Positions 1-14,050 of a DNA stretch of 64,000 nucleotides are shown here, piece by piece. Source of the stretch: the human T2T-CHM13v2.0 reference genome, Homo sapiens; the NCBI RefSeq assembly GCF_009914755.1, contig NC_060927.1; one strand, given 5' to 3'. Both the position numbers and the translations under genes were made by a program. The first letter of the stretch is position 1. Each line of letters opens with the position of its first letter. Under the pieces are notes generated by a model. The model searched no databases. It was not told where the DNA came from and saw only the letters and a program-made list of their open reading frames with translations.

Positions 1-599
1 CTATTTGCTATCTCGTCAGCACTGATTTTTGTATTCTTTTTTGAAGTTGGAATTGCTGATTGAGAATGATAAATGGTATTGAGGTGTTCTCTACAGGGAA
101 ATATGCTCAGTTTAATTTGAGTCAAATTACAGCCCGTGTTAGGAGTACTAAGCCAAGGCTCAGTGGCCCAAGAGGCAGACCACTTGTGCAGTATTAACTC
201 AACAATGTTTTACTCCAGCAATACTGGAGGACCTTGTCCAGGCATAACTGGGGGTATGACGTAGTCTGTGGCCTAAGCCCTCAGCCTCTCTGTGAAGTGG
301 CACACCCTCCTTTCCTTGGATGAGGAAATCATTCATTTCAGATTTCTTGGGACTGACCTATTTTCAGACACTTTGGTCTTTTATCTGCATCTATACATAA
401 TTGTGTCTTTCCACCATTTGTTCTATATTTGGTCTAGAAAATAATAGTCATTCTACCCAAAGACATATCATTTCTTATATGCCTTATACTTCAGATGCTG
501 AATACCCTGGAATTTCACCTTGTGGTAAATCAAACTGAATACTCCAAAAAAAGGGTAAAGTCACAAAACAGGCAATTTCTCAAACAACATGTATGGATA

Positions 600-728
600 G
601 CCCAAAAACTTGTCTGTAAGCTCAGCAAGAGCACCAACCATATTCGTTTTGTTTGTCACTGAACCTCAACTCACAGCAGAGAACTTAGCATATCATAATG
701 CTCCATAAATATCTGCTGAATGAATAAA
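600..728 (+). mobile_element. L2 LINE 3' end relic
   Basis: Degenerate L2 tail ending ...ccataaatatctgctgaatgaataaa; boundaries approximate. Confidence 0.55.
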
Positions 729-739
729 ATTAATAAAAG

Positions 740-982
740 GCAACTCTCAGGAATTGCTTGGTGGCACTGAAAGTTTGTATAATCATCCAGCACGGAGATT
801 AGGAATATGTAATAAAACTTTATAGGATCTAAAACGTTGAACTGAGCAATTACACTTACTAGAATTTATCCTAAGGAAATAATGTAACAAGTAGACATAG
901 ATTTACATTTAGGATGTTAACTACTTAAAATGAAAAGGGTGGAAAACCACCAAAACATATATCAAAAAGAGAATACTTAAAC
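740..982 (+). mobile_element. Old L1M(E) 3' region fragment
   Basis: gcaattacacttactagaatttatcctaaggaaataat resembles the L1ME ORF2-end/3'UTR motif; boundaries approximate. Confidence 0.5.
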
Positions 983-1162
983 TACAGGCATACTACAGGA
1001 GATATTGTGGGTTTGGTTCCAGACCACTGCAATAAAGCAAATATAGCAATAAAATGAGTCACACACAATTTTTGGTTTCACAGTGTATATAAAAGTTATG
1101 CTTACATGATACTGTAGTCTATTAAGTGTACAATACCGTTATGTCTAAAAAACAATGTACAT

Positions 1163-1476
1163 GGCTGGGTGCGGTGGCTCACGCCTGTAATCCCAGCACT
1201 TTGGGATGCCAAGGCGGGTGGATCACGAGGTCAGGAGTTCAAGACCAGCCTGACCAAGATGGTGAAACCCCATCTCTACTAAAAATACAAAAATCAGCTG
1301 GTCGTGGTGGTGGGTGCCTGTAAGTCCAGCTACTTGGAAGACTGAGGCAGAGAATTGCTTGAACCCGGGAGGCAGAGGTTACAGTGAGCCAAGACTGTGC
1401 CACTGTACTCCAGCCTGGGTGACAGAGCGAGACTCTGTCTCAAAAAACAAACAAACAAAACAAAGCAAACAAAAGA
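1163..1476 (+). mobile_element. AluS (AluSg-like), nested in Tigger1
   Basis: ggctgggtgcggtggctcacgcctgtaatcccagc start; diagnostic gatcacgaggtcaggagttc; A/C-rich tail; TSD aatgtacat at 1154-1162 and 1477-1485. Confidence 0.95.
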
Positions 1477-2392
1477 AATGTACATGTATTCATTAAAAAT
1501 GCTTTATTACTAAAAAATGCTAACAATCACCTGAGCCTTCAGTGAATCATAATCTTTTTCCTAGTGGAGGGTCTTAACCTAGATGTTTAATGGCTCCTGA
1601 CTGATAAGGCTGGTGGTTGCTGAAGGCTGGGGTGGCTTTGGCAACTTCTAAAAATAAGGCAACAATGAAGTTTGCTAAATTGAATGACTCTCCTTTTACA
1701 AAAGATTTTTCTGTAGCATGTGATGCTATTTGATAGAATTTTACCCACAATAGAACTTCTTTCCAAATTAGAGTCAATCCTCTCAAACTCTGCGGCTGCT
1801 TTATCAACCAAGTTTATGTGATATTCTAAATCTTTTGTTGTCATTTCAACAATGTTCACAGCATCTTCACAATGGATTTTCTTGAAAATCCATCTCAAGA
1901 AGCCACTTTCGTTGCTCATCCATAAGAAACAACTCATCTGTTCAAGTTTTATCATGAGACTGCAGCAATTCAGGCTGTTTTTAATTCTATTTCTCTTGCT
2001 ATTCCTACCACATTCGAAGTTACTTCCCCCACTGAAGTCTTGTATCCCTCAAAATCATCCATGAGGGTTGGAATCAACTTCTTCCAAAGCCCTGTTAATG
2101 TTGATATTTTGACCTCCTTTCATAAATCACAAATGTTCTTAATAGCATTTAGAATGGTGAATCCTATCCAGAAGGTTTTAGATATACTTGCCCAGATCCA
2201 TCAGAGGAATCACTTTCCATGGCAGCTATAGCCTTGCAAAATGTATTCCTTAAATAAGAAAGTCAAAATTACTCCTTGATCCATGGGCTGCAGAATGGAT
2301 ATTTGTTAGCAGGCATGAAAACAACATTCACCTCTTTGCACATAGCTATCAGAGCTCTTGGGTGACCAGGTGCATTGTCAATGAGCAGCAAT

Positions 2393-2754
2393 TTTTTAAA
2401 TTTATTTTTTATTTATTATACTTTAAGTTCTAGGGTATATGTGCACAACGTGCAGGTTTGTTACATATGTATACATGTGCCATGTTGGTGTGCTGCACCC
2501 ATTAACTGATATACCTAATGTCATTTACGTTAGGTATATCTCCTAATGCTATCCCTCCCCCGTCCCCCTACCCCAGGACAGGCCTCGGTGTGTGATGTTC
2601 CCCTTCCTGTGTCCAAGTGATCTCATTGTTCAATTCCCACCTATGAGTGAGAACATGCGGCGTTTGGTTTTTTGTCCTTACAATAGTTTGCTAAGAATGA
2701 TGGTTTCCAGCTTCATCCATGTCCCTACAAAGGACATGAACTCATCCTTAAAAA
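2393..2754 (-). mobile_element. 5'-truncated L1PA (L1PA4/5-like) 3' end, nested in Tigger1
   Basis: T-rich tail then attatactttaagttctagggta...gtccctacaaaggacatgaactcatcc; TSD gagcagcaat at 2383-2392 and 2755-2764. Confidence 0.92.
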
Positions 2755-4149
2755 GAGCAGCAATATTTTGAAAGGAACCTTTTTTTTTTTTTCTGAGCAG
2801 TAAATCTCAATGGCGGTTTCTTCAAACAAACCATGCTGTAAACAGATGTGCTGTCATCCAGGCTTTGTTGGTCCATATATAGAGCACAGGCAGAGTAGAT
2901 TTAGCATAATTCTTAAGGGCTCTAGGATTTTCAGAATAGCAAATAAGCATTGTCTTCAACTTAAGTAAACAGCTACATTAATCCCTAACAAGAAGGTCAG
3001 CCTGTCTTTTGAAACTTTCAAACCAGGCATTGACTTCTCTCCAGCTATGAAAGTCCTACATGGCATTTTTGTTCAATAGAGGCTGTTTTATTTACACTGG
3101 AAATCTGTTGTTTAGTGTAGCCACCTTTATCAATTAGCTAGATCCTCTGGATAACTTGCTACAGCTTCTACATCAGCACTTGCTGCTTCACCTTGCACTT
3201 TTATGTTATGGAGACAGCTTCTTTCTTCAAACGTCATGAACAAACCTTGCTAGCTTCAATCTTTTTCTCTGCAGCTATCTTGCCTCTTAGCCTTCACAGA
3301 ATTGAAGGGAGGGTCTTGCTCTGCATTAGGCTTTTGGCTTAAGGGAATGTTGTAGCTGGTTTTATCCTCTATCCAGACCACTAAAACTTTCTCTATATCA
3401 GCAGTAAGACTGTTTTGCTTTTTTTTGTTATCATTTGTGTGTTCACTGGAGTAGCATTTTAAATTTATTTAGAAAACTTTTCCTTTGCATCAATAAATTG
3501 GCTGTTTTGTGCAAGAGACCTAGCTTTCGGCCTGTCCTGCCTTTTGACATGCCTTCCTCACTAAGCTTAATCATTTCTAGCCTTTGATTTCAACCCAGAC
3601 ATGTGCAACTCTTCCTTTCACTTAAACACTCAGAGGCTATTTTAAGGTGATTGGTTAGCCTAATTTCAGTGTTTTTGTGAATAGGGAGGCCAGAGAGGAG
3701 CAAGAGAGATGGGGGAATGACCAGTTGGTGGAGCAATCAAAACACAGACAACTATTAAGTTTGCCATCTTATATGAACATGGTTCATAATGCCCCTAAAT
3801 AATTACAATAGTGACATCAAACGTTGTGGATGACAGCTCATCATAACACATATAATGAAAAAGCTTATGATAGTGTGAGAATTAGCAAAAGGTGACACAG
3901 AGACATAAAATGAGCACATGCTGCTGGAAAGATGAGGCAGAGAGGCTTGCTCCAAGCAGGGTTGCCACAAAATTTCAATTTGTAAAAATTGCAGTATCTG
4001 TAAAGCACAATAAAGAGAAGCACAATAAAATGAAGTATGACTGTCTACAAAAGGCATTACACTTCTGAAGGCTCACCAGCATATACGATGTTTTCTACAG
4101 TTTTTTTCCCACTAGATACTGTATCACATAGAGGAAGTTCTTCCCTTTT

Positions 4150-5633
4150 ATACCTTGCCAAACATTTTTAAATTAATATGTCTTGAATGTTTTCTATTAA
4201 ATGCGTTTTCTGTATCTACTGAGAGATTATTTTCTCTTCATTTGTTAATGTAGTAAACTGTACTCACAATTTTCTAATATTATTCTTATATTCCTGGGAT
4301 AAATGCAGGTTAGTCATATGTATTTTTTTACATTGATGAATTTGGCTTGTTGATTGTTTACAACCTTTATATCTCTGTTTACGAGATTGGCATATATTTT
4401 TCATTTGTGTTACTGACATAAACTGATCTTCATTTCTGGAGTATTATCCTAGCCTCATGAAATGATTTGAGGTGCATTTCTCTTTTGTCTTTTCTCTTTC
4501 ACGGTTTGTATAAAATTGGAGTGATCTATTCCTTGAAAGTTAGGTAGAACTCACCTAGGAAAAATTCTGGGCCTTGTGTTTTTGGGTGAATGGATTTTTA
4601 GCTACTGACTCAATTTCTTGAAAGATTGCAGGGCTATTTAGGGTTTTTTTCTTCCTTCAGATAGTTTAGTCAGTTATACACTTCTAGGAAATTGTCCATT
4701 TAAGTTTTCTGATGTATTTGCATAAACTGTACACGACATGTTCTTACTTTTTAATCTCCACAGCACCTCCAGTCATGCTCTTCTCTTATAGCATTGCTTA
4801 TTTTTGCTCTCTCTCTGACTTATCAAAATTGTCTATTTTATTTGTCTTTTCAGTGAAACACTTTTGACTTGGTTAATCATCTTTATTTCAGTTTTCTTAT
4901 CTATTTCTTTTTATTTCAGCTTTTATCTTTATTTTTTGCTAAATTCTGCATTGTTTGGATTTGTTCTGTATGTTCTTTTTCTAACCTCTCACACTGGTAT
5001 CTTAACTCGTTAAATTTAAGTCTCTTGTGCCTTTTAACATAAACATTAAAGGATATAAATGCCTTAATTTCAATTAAATGCTACATTTAATTAGCTGCAT
5101 CTGGAAAATTCGGGTATGCAGCTTTTATCGTATTTATTTTATAAAATTAATTACAATCAAGCAAATACATAAATCTGCTTTTAAAAATTAGAGCATTACT
5201 GATGACAGAGTCTCCTTTGATTACCCTTCTTTGCTTCCTGCCTCTCCTACCCTATGTAAAATATTTTTATTGAGAGAGGTATATTTATTAAAGTAGTAGT
5301 GTATTTTCATGTGTTTTAAAATAGGTATCATTCTGAAAATATGCTGAGAGTAAATTTGCTGGTCATAGGTTTGTACAGGATTACTTTTAATAGATACTAC
5401 AAAATTGTCCTTTAAATGAGTATATAATTTTTCATCTTCTTGGGTAGTGTGTTAGAATATCTGCTTTCCTAAAACCTTACCAATTCCTAATCTGAGCAAC
5501 TTGAAATTTTTTTCAGTCCTATGAATATTATCTTATAATCATTTTAATTTGTAGTCCCTGATTAATAGTGAGTTTGAGCAATTTCTGTTTATTGAGTAAT
5601 TGAAATTCTTGTTTAATAAATAGCATGTCAATT
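4150..5633 (-). mobile_element. Old L1M antisense fragments
   Basis: T-rich antisense L1 ORF2-like motifs (ggtagaactcacct, tctgggccttg, ttctaggaaattgtccattt, attttaatttgtagtccctgatt); boundaries approximate. Confidence 0.55.
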
Positions 5634-5641
5634 TCTTTAAC

Positions 5642-6881
<1,240 letters not shown>

Positions 6882-6899
6882 TCTTTAACTACTTTCTTT

Positions 6900-7570
6900 A
6901 GATTTTTGTGTAATATTATTTGTTATCTATTGAGTAGATATTATGGAATGTTTATAACTGTGAAATATAAAAACATACAACAAATATCTATATGCTCCTC
7001 ATACAGTCAAAGAGAAATAACATGACCTTTATATTTCAGAATTGCTCTTTACTCCTCTGGGATTCCATCCCATCGTGTCCACCGCTGCAGTAATTACTGT
7101 CCTAAATTTTGTGTCCCTGATTACCTTGCTTTTCACTATACTTCTATTGCATATCTTAGTATCACAGAAAAATGTATTATTTGGTTTTTTGTTTTTCAAA
7201 TTTACGTAAGTGAAATAATGCTGCATATATTGCTCAAAATTTAGTTCTTGAAATTCACCCACATGGCTTGGCTATAGTTATGATTAACTCATTTTCCTTG
7301 CTATATGATATAAATAAGTGGAAATGTGTTTCCACATATCTATTCTATTGTTGATGGACATTTTGGTTGTGTCCAGTTCTTTGCTATAACAAACAGTGGA
7401 ACAGTGGAACTTTGACTATTCTTGTACTTGTCTCCTGATGTGCATAGGAAGCACTTAACTAGATGGTATTTACTAGGGGTGGAATTCCTGTGTCACAACA
7501 ACATTTCTACCTGTAGTATGTAAACAAATGTTCCAGCTGCTCCACATCCTTGCCTAAACTTGACATTTGT
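6900..7570 (-). mobile_element. Old L1ME-type 3' region, antisense
   Basis: ttctattgttgatggacattttggttgtgtccagttctttgctataacaaacagtg is the typical antisense L1M 3' motif. Confidence 0.65.
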
Positions 7571-7575
7571 TGATT

Positions 7576-8715
7576 TATTTATTCATCCAACAAAAAGCAA
7601 CTGAGGACCTACTGTGTGCCAGCTACTGTTGTAGGTGCTGGAGATGCAGTAGTGAACAAAACTGACAAGAAAACCTGCCTTTTTGGAACATAAATTATGA
7701 GGAAGAGCCAATAAACAAGACAAATAACTTAAACATCTAGGATATTAGATAGTTACAAGAGCTAAGGTAGAAAAAGAAAGCATAAAGGGAGATCAAATGT
7801 TGAGGTAGGTGTTGAAATTTTAGGTAGTGTACAACAAAGGTATCACTGAAAGGAGGCTTATTTGGCTTTTTCTTTCCCTAAAAAAATAAAACAGTGAGAG
7901 AGCAAGCCAGGTGGACATTTGGAAGAGGGACACTCTAGTTATAGTGAAGAGCAAGATAAAGACCCTGAGAAACATCAAGGAACCTAGAAAGGTTGGAGCA
8001 AGAAGTAGAATGGAAGAAGAGGAGATAAGTGTGGGAATCAGGAACCAGGTGACCTAGGAATGTACAAGACTTAACGATGATTCTGGCTTTTAGTTTGGAA
8101 GAAGAGAAGGCACTAGAGGGTTTTGAGGAATAAGGTGACATGATCTGATAATGCTTTAACACCATCATTCTAGCTACTCTATTAAGATAGGCCTAGAGAG
8201 GGTCAGGGCTGAAGTAGAAAGCCTGGTTAGAAGGTTATTGTCATAGTCCAAGTGGAAGATGTTAGTGGCCTGGACCAGCGTGGGGGCAATGGGGCGAGTG
8301 AGAAGAGACACAATTCTGTATATATTTTGAAAGTAGAGAGAGGTGAGAGGATTTTTTGAAGGACCAAAGTTGGGATGTAAGAGAAATAAATCAAATAAGA
8401 CATCTGCATTTTTGGCCTGAACAAATAGAAGAATAGAATTGCTCCTAATGAGGAAGTTAATGCTTGAATAGGCGTTTGGGTGAGTGAATAGGGAGGAAAG
8501 GGGGAGGCAATTTTGGATGTGTGAAGTTTAAGATGCATAATAGATATAGAAGGCAAATGGATATGCAAGACTACAGATTAGGAGAAGACTCCAGGCTGGA
8601 GATGTATATTTGGAAACTATCAGTAAATAAGTGGTATTTAAATTCATGAGTCTAAATCAGATCATCTAGGAAATGAGTTTAGATAGAAAACAGAAGTCAT
8701 CCAAGGGCATCCTAT
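7576..8715 (-). mobile_element. L2a LINE fragment
   Basis: attcatccaacaaa...cctactgtgtgccag...ggtgctggagatgcagtagtgaacaaaac (antisense L2 3' end) followed by a purine-rich L2 body. Confidence 0.8.
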
Positions 8716-8735
8716 AGTCATAATTGCTAATATGG

Positions 8736-9096
8736 TGCTATGGACTGATGTTTGTGTCTCCTTGAAATTCATATGTTGAAGCACTCACTAATCCCTACTG
8801 TGATGGTATTCATTTGTGGGAGGAAGTAATTAAGTTTGAATGAGATCATGAGACAAAGCCCTTATTATGAGATTAGTGTCCTAATAAGAATAGAGTTGAG
8901 AGAGAGACCTGTCCTCTGTCCATCATGTGCGGATACAGCAACAAGGTAGCCACCTGCAAACCAGGAAGAGAGTCCTCACCAGATACAAATCTACCAGCAC
9001 TTGGATCTTGGATTTAGAGTATAGAAATGTAAGACATAACTGTTGTTTAAACTACCCAGTGGTATTCTGTTATAGCAGTCCAAACTGATAAAGATA
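8736..9096 (+). mobile_element. MLT1A-type MaLR solo LTR
   Basis: tgctatggactgatgtttgtgtc...aaattcatatgttgaa ... ggtattctgttatagcag...aagata. Confidence 0.85.
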
Positions 9097-9116
9097 GTTA
9101 ACAAATAGATCTTATA

Positions 9117-9340
9117 ACATGCCAGGTCCTGTTATAATACTTTACACACAAACACATAACTCATTTAATTATCACAATAATTCCATTAGGTAGGAAGAAT
9201 CATTAGCCTCACTTTACAGATGAGAAAACAAAAGCCCAAAGAGGTGCAGTGACTTTCCCAAGAGCACAAAACTAGTATATGGATCAGGGATCTGAACCCA
9301 GCTAGTCTGACTCCAGTCTGTGCTCTTAACCTTGTACTGT
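9117..9340 (-). mobile_element. MIR SINE
   Basis: Antisense MIR core: cactttacagatgagaaaac...gtgactttcccaag...ctgaacccagctagtctgactccag...gctcttaac. Confidence 0.8.
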
Positions 9341-9344
9341 ATAT

Positions 9345-9790
9345 TTCATTTTTCCTAATCTAGTAGTTGTGGTTTAATTTGAACTCCCCACAGGACCACT
9401 GATGTTGAACATTTTATGATATACTGATGGCCGTTAAGATTTCCTCTCCTACGAAACACCTGCTCATTTATTTTGCTGATTTTTAAATTAATGGGTAGCT
9501 TATCTCCTATGGAACTGAAGTAATTCTTTATTCTGGACACTGATCCTTTGACAGTCATATGTCAAATGGCAAATTTTTCTCCTGTTTGTGACTAGAATTT
9601 ATATCATTTTAAATTCTTTAATTATTTAAATTAAAATAACTTTGATGAGCAAAAGTTCTTTATTTTAAGGTAATCAAATTGACCAATCTTTTATAATGTT
9701 TTGTGCTTTAGAATTCTTTCCAAACTGAAATGATAAAGACTGTCTTCTAAACAATTTATGATTTTTGTTTTTCATATTTAAATCTTTAAT
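9345..9790 (-). mobile_element. Old L1M ORF2 fragment, antisense
   Basis: gtggtttaatttg...gatgttgaacatttt...ttttgatgagcaaaagttcttattttaa. Confidence 0.6.
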
Positions 9791-9829
9791 AAAATCTAGG
9801 TAAATAAATGAGAACTAACCTATACTTAT

Positions 9830-10035
9830 TGAGTCAAGATAGCAGCTACCCTTTTTCAGGGAGAAGGAAGGGGTCACTCAAAGGGGCCTGAAGGGGGCTT
9901 CTAGGAGGCTGGTAATGTTATACTTTGTGATCTGGATGCTGGTTATACAGTTGAGTTTAGTTTGTAAGAATTCAATAAGTTCCATACATATATGCGCTTT
10001 TCTTCATGTATAATTCAATAACAAGTTTAAAAAGT
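9830..10035 (+). mobile_element. L1ME 3' terminal fragment
   Basis: gggggcttctaggaggctggtaatgttat...gatctggatgctggttatacag...ttcaataacaagtttaaaaag. Confidence 0.7.
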
Positions 10036-13000
10036 AAAATCTGACAGTGTTTCCCTTTTGATGTATGAGTTTAATTCATTTACAATTTTGTTTACTATTG
10101 ATATATTTGAATTTATTTCTACCACATGCTTTCAAATTACTCTGCCTTTTTCTATACTTTTATATTTGTTGCTGTTTCCATTTCCTGCCTTCTTTTGTAT
10201 TGATTAATTTTTTCTTTCTTATGTCTCCTCTGTGTAGAAAGTTATATATTCTATTTTGATACATGTATTTTCCTTGGGTGGATTACTCTTAATACCCCTT
10301 ATAAGTACTCAAATTCCTTCAACCTGTTTGCTCTTTATTTGAATAATTCATTTCTTATGTTTTTGTTTTCATCTTTCATTTCTTTAAGTATATATATGCA
10401 AACTTTATAATCTTTAGTTATTATATTATATAAAAATCTTGAGGTCTAATTCTGTTGTTTGCCACTCTGCTGTCTCTCAATGATTTGTTTCCTTGCAGAT
10501 TTTAGATTTTGGATTGTGAGCTCGTGTTGGTGGGGCTGTAGTGAAGGTGACATCTTTGTGCTCTTGGCTGAGACTGTGGTCTTCCAAAGATGCTTTTTGA
10601 CTGTTTTAGCCAGTTGTTCCAAGAATACTTCCAACCTAAGATTCTGTTTGAAATTGATTTTTCAGTTTGTGTCTCTCGACCTCATAGCAATATAAACTTA
10701 AACCACAAACCTCATAGTCAAACTTGAGGTTTAAATTTCTTAGGAATACATCTTTCTCCATCTAAAACACACCAGTACTTTCTGAGATATCGTAGATACA
10801 GTTGCTCACATTTAAGAACTATTTACCAACAAATATATCCCAAAAATCAGACTTGAAAAGAGTTTAAAACCATTATTTGTATCCCTTTAATTCAATCCCT
10901 ATTTATTTCTAAATATTAGTTGACTACCTTGTGCCAATATATACAATTCTTGCCTCCAAGGATTTATGGTCTTTTTACACAGAAATGCCCAAAATCTAAT
11001 ATGGCCACCACAATTTCTCCTTCCTATACTCATGACAGGCATTTAGTTGGTCCCAGCTCTTTTTCCATTGATTCTAGAAACTGTCACAGACTGCACCTTC
11101 ACAACATACTATCACTTTATATGACTTGTCACTTGGCATCCCCTATCATCTCATCTTCCCTGTCTAGGAGCAAGATCTGTAGCATTTATATTCCCACCAA
11201 ATATAAATAAACCAGCTTCCAAGATCACAAAAGACTGGGCATTTTCAAGGTGTCAGGAAAACAGCCAGACCTACTAAAGGCTTCCCTTTTCACCTTAACA
11301 TCAGCCCTTGTATCTACCTATACTAAGACAACCTTGCCACCTCATGCCGTTATAATCAGTACACTAGAAAACTCTAAAAATATAAAAAACTGTAAGAGGA
11401 AATATGCTAAAAATTCCAATAAAACACACCCTAAATCATTACCCTGAAAAAGAGAGAAAGGTTAATAGAAAGAAGAGACAGGGTCTGCTAAGTATCTCAT
11501 TAGGCCCACTGCCTGCCTCCCATTACATGCACCTCCTGATTCTCATTAGGCCTTCGTGATTTCATTTGGGTCCCAGGTCATTGCTTATTTTCATATGGGG
11601 ACTATATAACAGGGTCTCTTCCAGTCCCAGAATCCCATGGGGAGAAAAAGAGAAAATGTCAATAATTAATGAGCTGTCAGGGAGAGAGAGCTTTAGCACC
11701 TCCAGAATCATATAAAAATTCCTAGTCCATTTGTCTTGGGAGTGACTAACAAAAGGCCAGCATTGAACTTTTTCGAATGAATTATTATTATTGTTATTAT
11801 TTTTACAAAACAATGCTTAGCTTTGCTTTCAAAGTGTATGATTTTATAAGGCAGGAAGAAATCAACTTGTACATTGAAATGAAAAATCTGTATAGAAATA
11901 GCTTTTTGTCTTTTACAATACTCCAAGACCCTGAAGAACTTCATATTTTTGTTAATTTCAGAAAAAATCAATAAGTAAAAACAATTATATAATTAGTTTT
12001 ATCAAAACTCCAAGCTAATCATAGTAATCACTCCTCCTCATAACTTGTACCTGTTAAGATCTCTTATACTTAGTGTTAAGTCATATAAAGAAAGTGTTGA
12101 GGTGGGAAGACACAGCGTGAATCCCAGCTCTTCGGTTGCATGCTGTGTGAACTTGTGAACTTGAAGTCCCAACGTCATTTTATGTAAAATTGGAGAATTT
12201 AATACCTACTGTGCAAACTTGTTATATACTTCCCTTTCTGGCAAACATGAAAGGATCGATGAAGGGTAATCATTATCATTATATTTTTCCATAATCCTCT
12301 TAATGTCCAGCCCATAGGGATTCCCAATTAATAATTGTTGGAAGACAATAAATCATGACAACATTGTGAATATTCTCTATACCTAAGGTAAGTAAGCAAT
12401 AAAAATGTAATAAAATACTGATGGTAAATATATTTATTTTTAATTCCGCCATATAAGCTATATAAAACGAAGAAAGATTTGAATATAAATGTCTCTTCCA
12501 CCTAAGTCAAACAATGATATCTAATGGTACTGTTATTTTCTGACATGCTGAAAGAACAGGATTCTGTGGTCCTTTCTGAATGTAGACTTTAATGCCTTAG
12601 CAGGTCAGATAGAAGACTGAGAAAGGAAGACCAGAATGTAGAAGGAAGATCAAGAAAGGGCTGGGTGTTTCAGAGAAACCAAGTGAAGAGAGGGGTTTTG
12701 AAGAATGCTCCTATTATCTACAATGAAAAATGCTACACTGAAGATAGAAAAAAAAAAAAACTAAGAGAGATCTAACAGCCTGAAGAAACAAATATGGGGG
12801 TGGGGGATGGAAAGGATGACCCAACTCACTGAGATCCAAGACCCTGCTGAGATAGAAGAGGAGAGGGATAGAGGCTGAACTGAGATGGGAGATCAAGATT
12901 AATAGACTTCTTATCCAACTGATGGCCTCAGTTGTCTCTGTCAAGCTGAGGGCAAGATGGTCAGTGAATATGGCCAGGGAGAGATGAGAATAGAGAATAT

Positions 13001-13248
13001 GCAGAGAGAGAAACAGATCAGCTTTAATAAACAGAGAAGATCGTGCCGTGACTACATTTTCTTTTTTATAGGTCAATGGCCATTTTGAAAATGTTTGACA
13101 GTACTAAAATCAGCTTATGCATATTTTTTTGAAATAAGGCCCTATAATTTAATCTACACTAAATCATTCAGACTTTCCAGAGCCCCTATCATTATGACTA
13201 ATTTGTTTAGTTAGATTTCTTAAGAGTATACATCTCTATCAAGATGAA

Positions 13249-13635
13249 GCTATGATTTGAATATGGTTTGTCCCCACTAAAACTTATGTTGAGACTTGGT
13301 TCCCAGTGAGACAGTGTTGAAAGGTAGTGACTTTACGAAGTGATTAAAATGGATTAATGTCTATTTTTCAAGATTGGGTTAGTTCTCATGAGAATACGTT
13401 GTAATAAAGTGAGCCTGCCTCTCCTGTTTTGCTTCTTTGTACATGTCTATTTCTCCTTCTGCTTTTCTGCCATGTTACGATGCCATAGCATGAAGCCCAC
13501 ATCAGAAGCTAGCCAAAGATGACTGCCTGATCTTGGCCCTCCCAGCCTCTAGAATCATGAGCTAAAAAAGTCTTTCCCTTATAAATTATTCAGTCTCAAG
13601 TATTCTGTTATTGCAATGAAAAATAGACTAAGACA
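13249..13635 (+). mobile_element. MSTC-like MaLR solo LTR
   Basis: gctatgatttgaatatggtttgtcccc ... gtattctgttattgcaatgaaaaatagactaagaca; 5-bp TSD atgaa at 13244-13248 and 13636-13640. Confidence 0.85.
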
Positions 13636-13879
13636 ATGAACAAAACATATTGAATGCTATATAGATGTCAAAAGAAATAGCGAGCCTAGGCAAAATATGG
13701 GTTACCTATGTAAAAAATGCTAACCAAAGGAGGATGAAGTTAATTTAAGAACTAGTTCTTATCTTTTTTAGACTTATGTTAAATGTTATTTCTCTTTTTA
13801 AAATAAATTATCATTTAAATTAATACAGATGAACTATGAAAAGACCTCATTGTGAACAGTGAGGACAAAGCTTCTGTAA

Positions 13880-14050
13880 GCATTGATTATATGCCAAATG
13901 ATATCCCTGTGTGAGGTAGATTCTATCTGATCCATTTTGTAGATGAAGCCTCTGTGGCTTAGGAAAGTTAAGTGACATATTCAAGATCACACAGCAACTA
14001 AGTGGCAAGTGTAGACTCTAATCTGGCTCTGTCAGCCTAGTGACTGATAC
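13880..14050 (-). mobile_element. MIR SINE
   Basis: ccctgtgtgaggtag...ccattttgtagatgaag...aagttaagtgac...caagatcacacagc. Confidence 0.7.

Larger units (their letters stand above)
985..4043 (-). mobile_element. Tigger1 (TcMar-pogo) DNA transposon, near full length, interrupted by Alu and L1
   Basis: Terminal inverted repeats caggcatact (985, preceded by TA) and aagtatgactg (ends 4043). ORF 1587-1955(-) reads [39 protein letters not shown], typical of Tigger1. Length minus the two inserts is about 2.4 kb, the consensus size. Confidence 0.93.

Noticed and set aside
1126-1496. ORFs 1126-1323 and 1314-1496
   Set aside because: Translations of the Alu; typical Alu-derived pseudo-peptides
1574-2231. 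Tigger1-related ORFs as an active or domesticated transposase
   Set aside because: Fragmentary, frameshifted, and the element is interrupted by L1 and Alu
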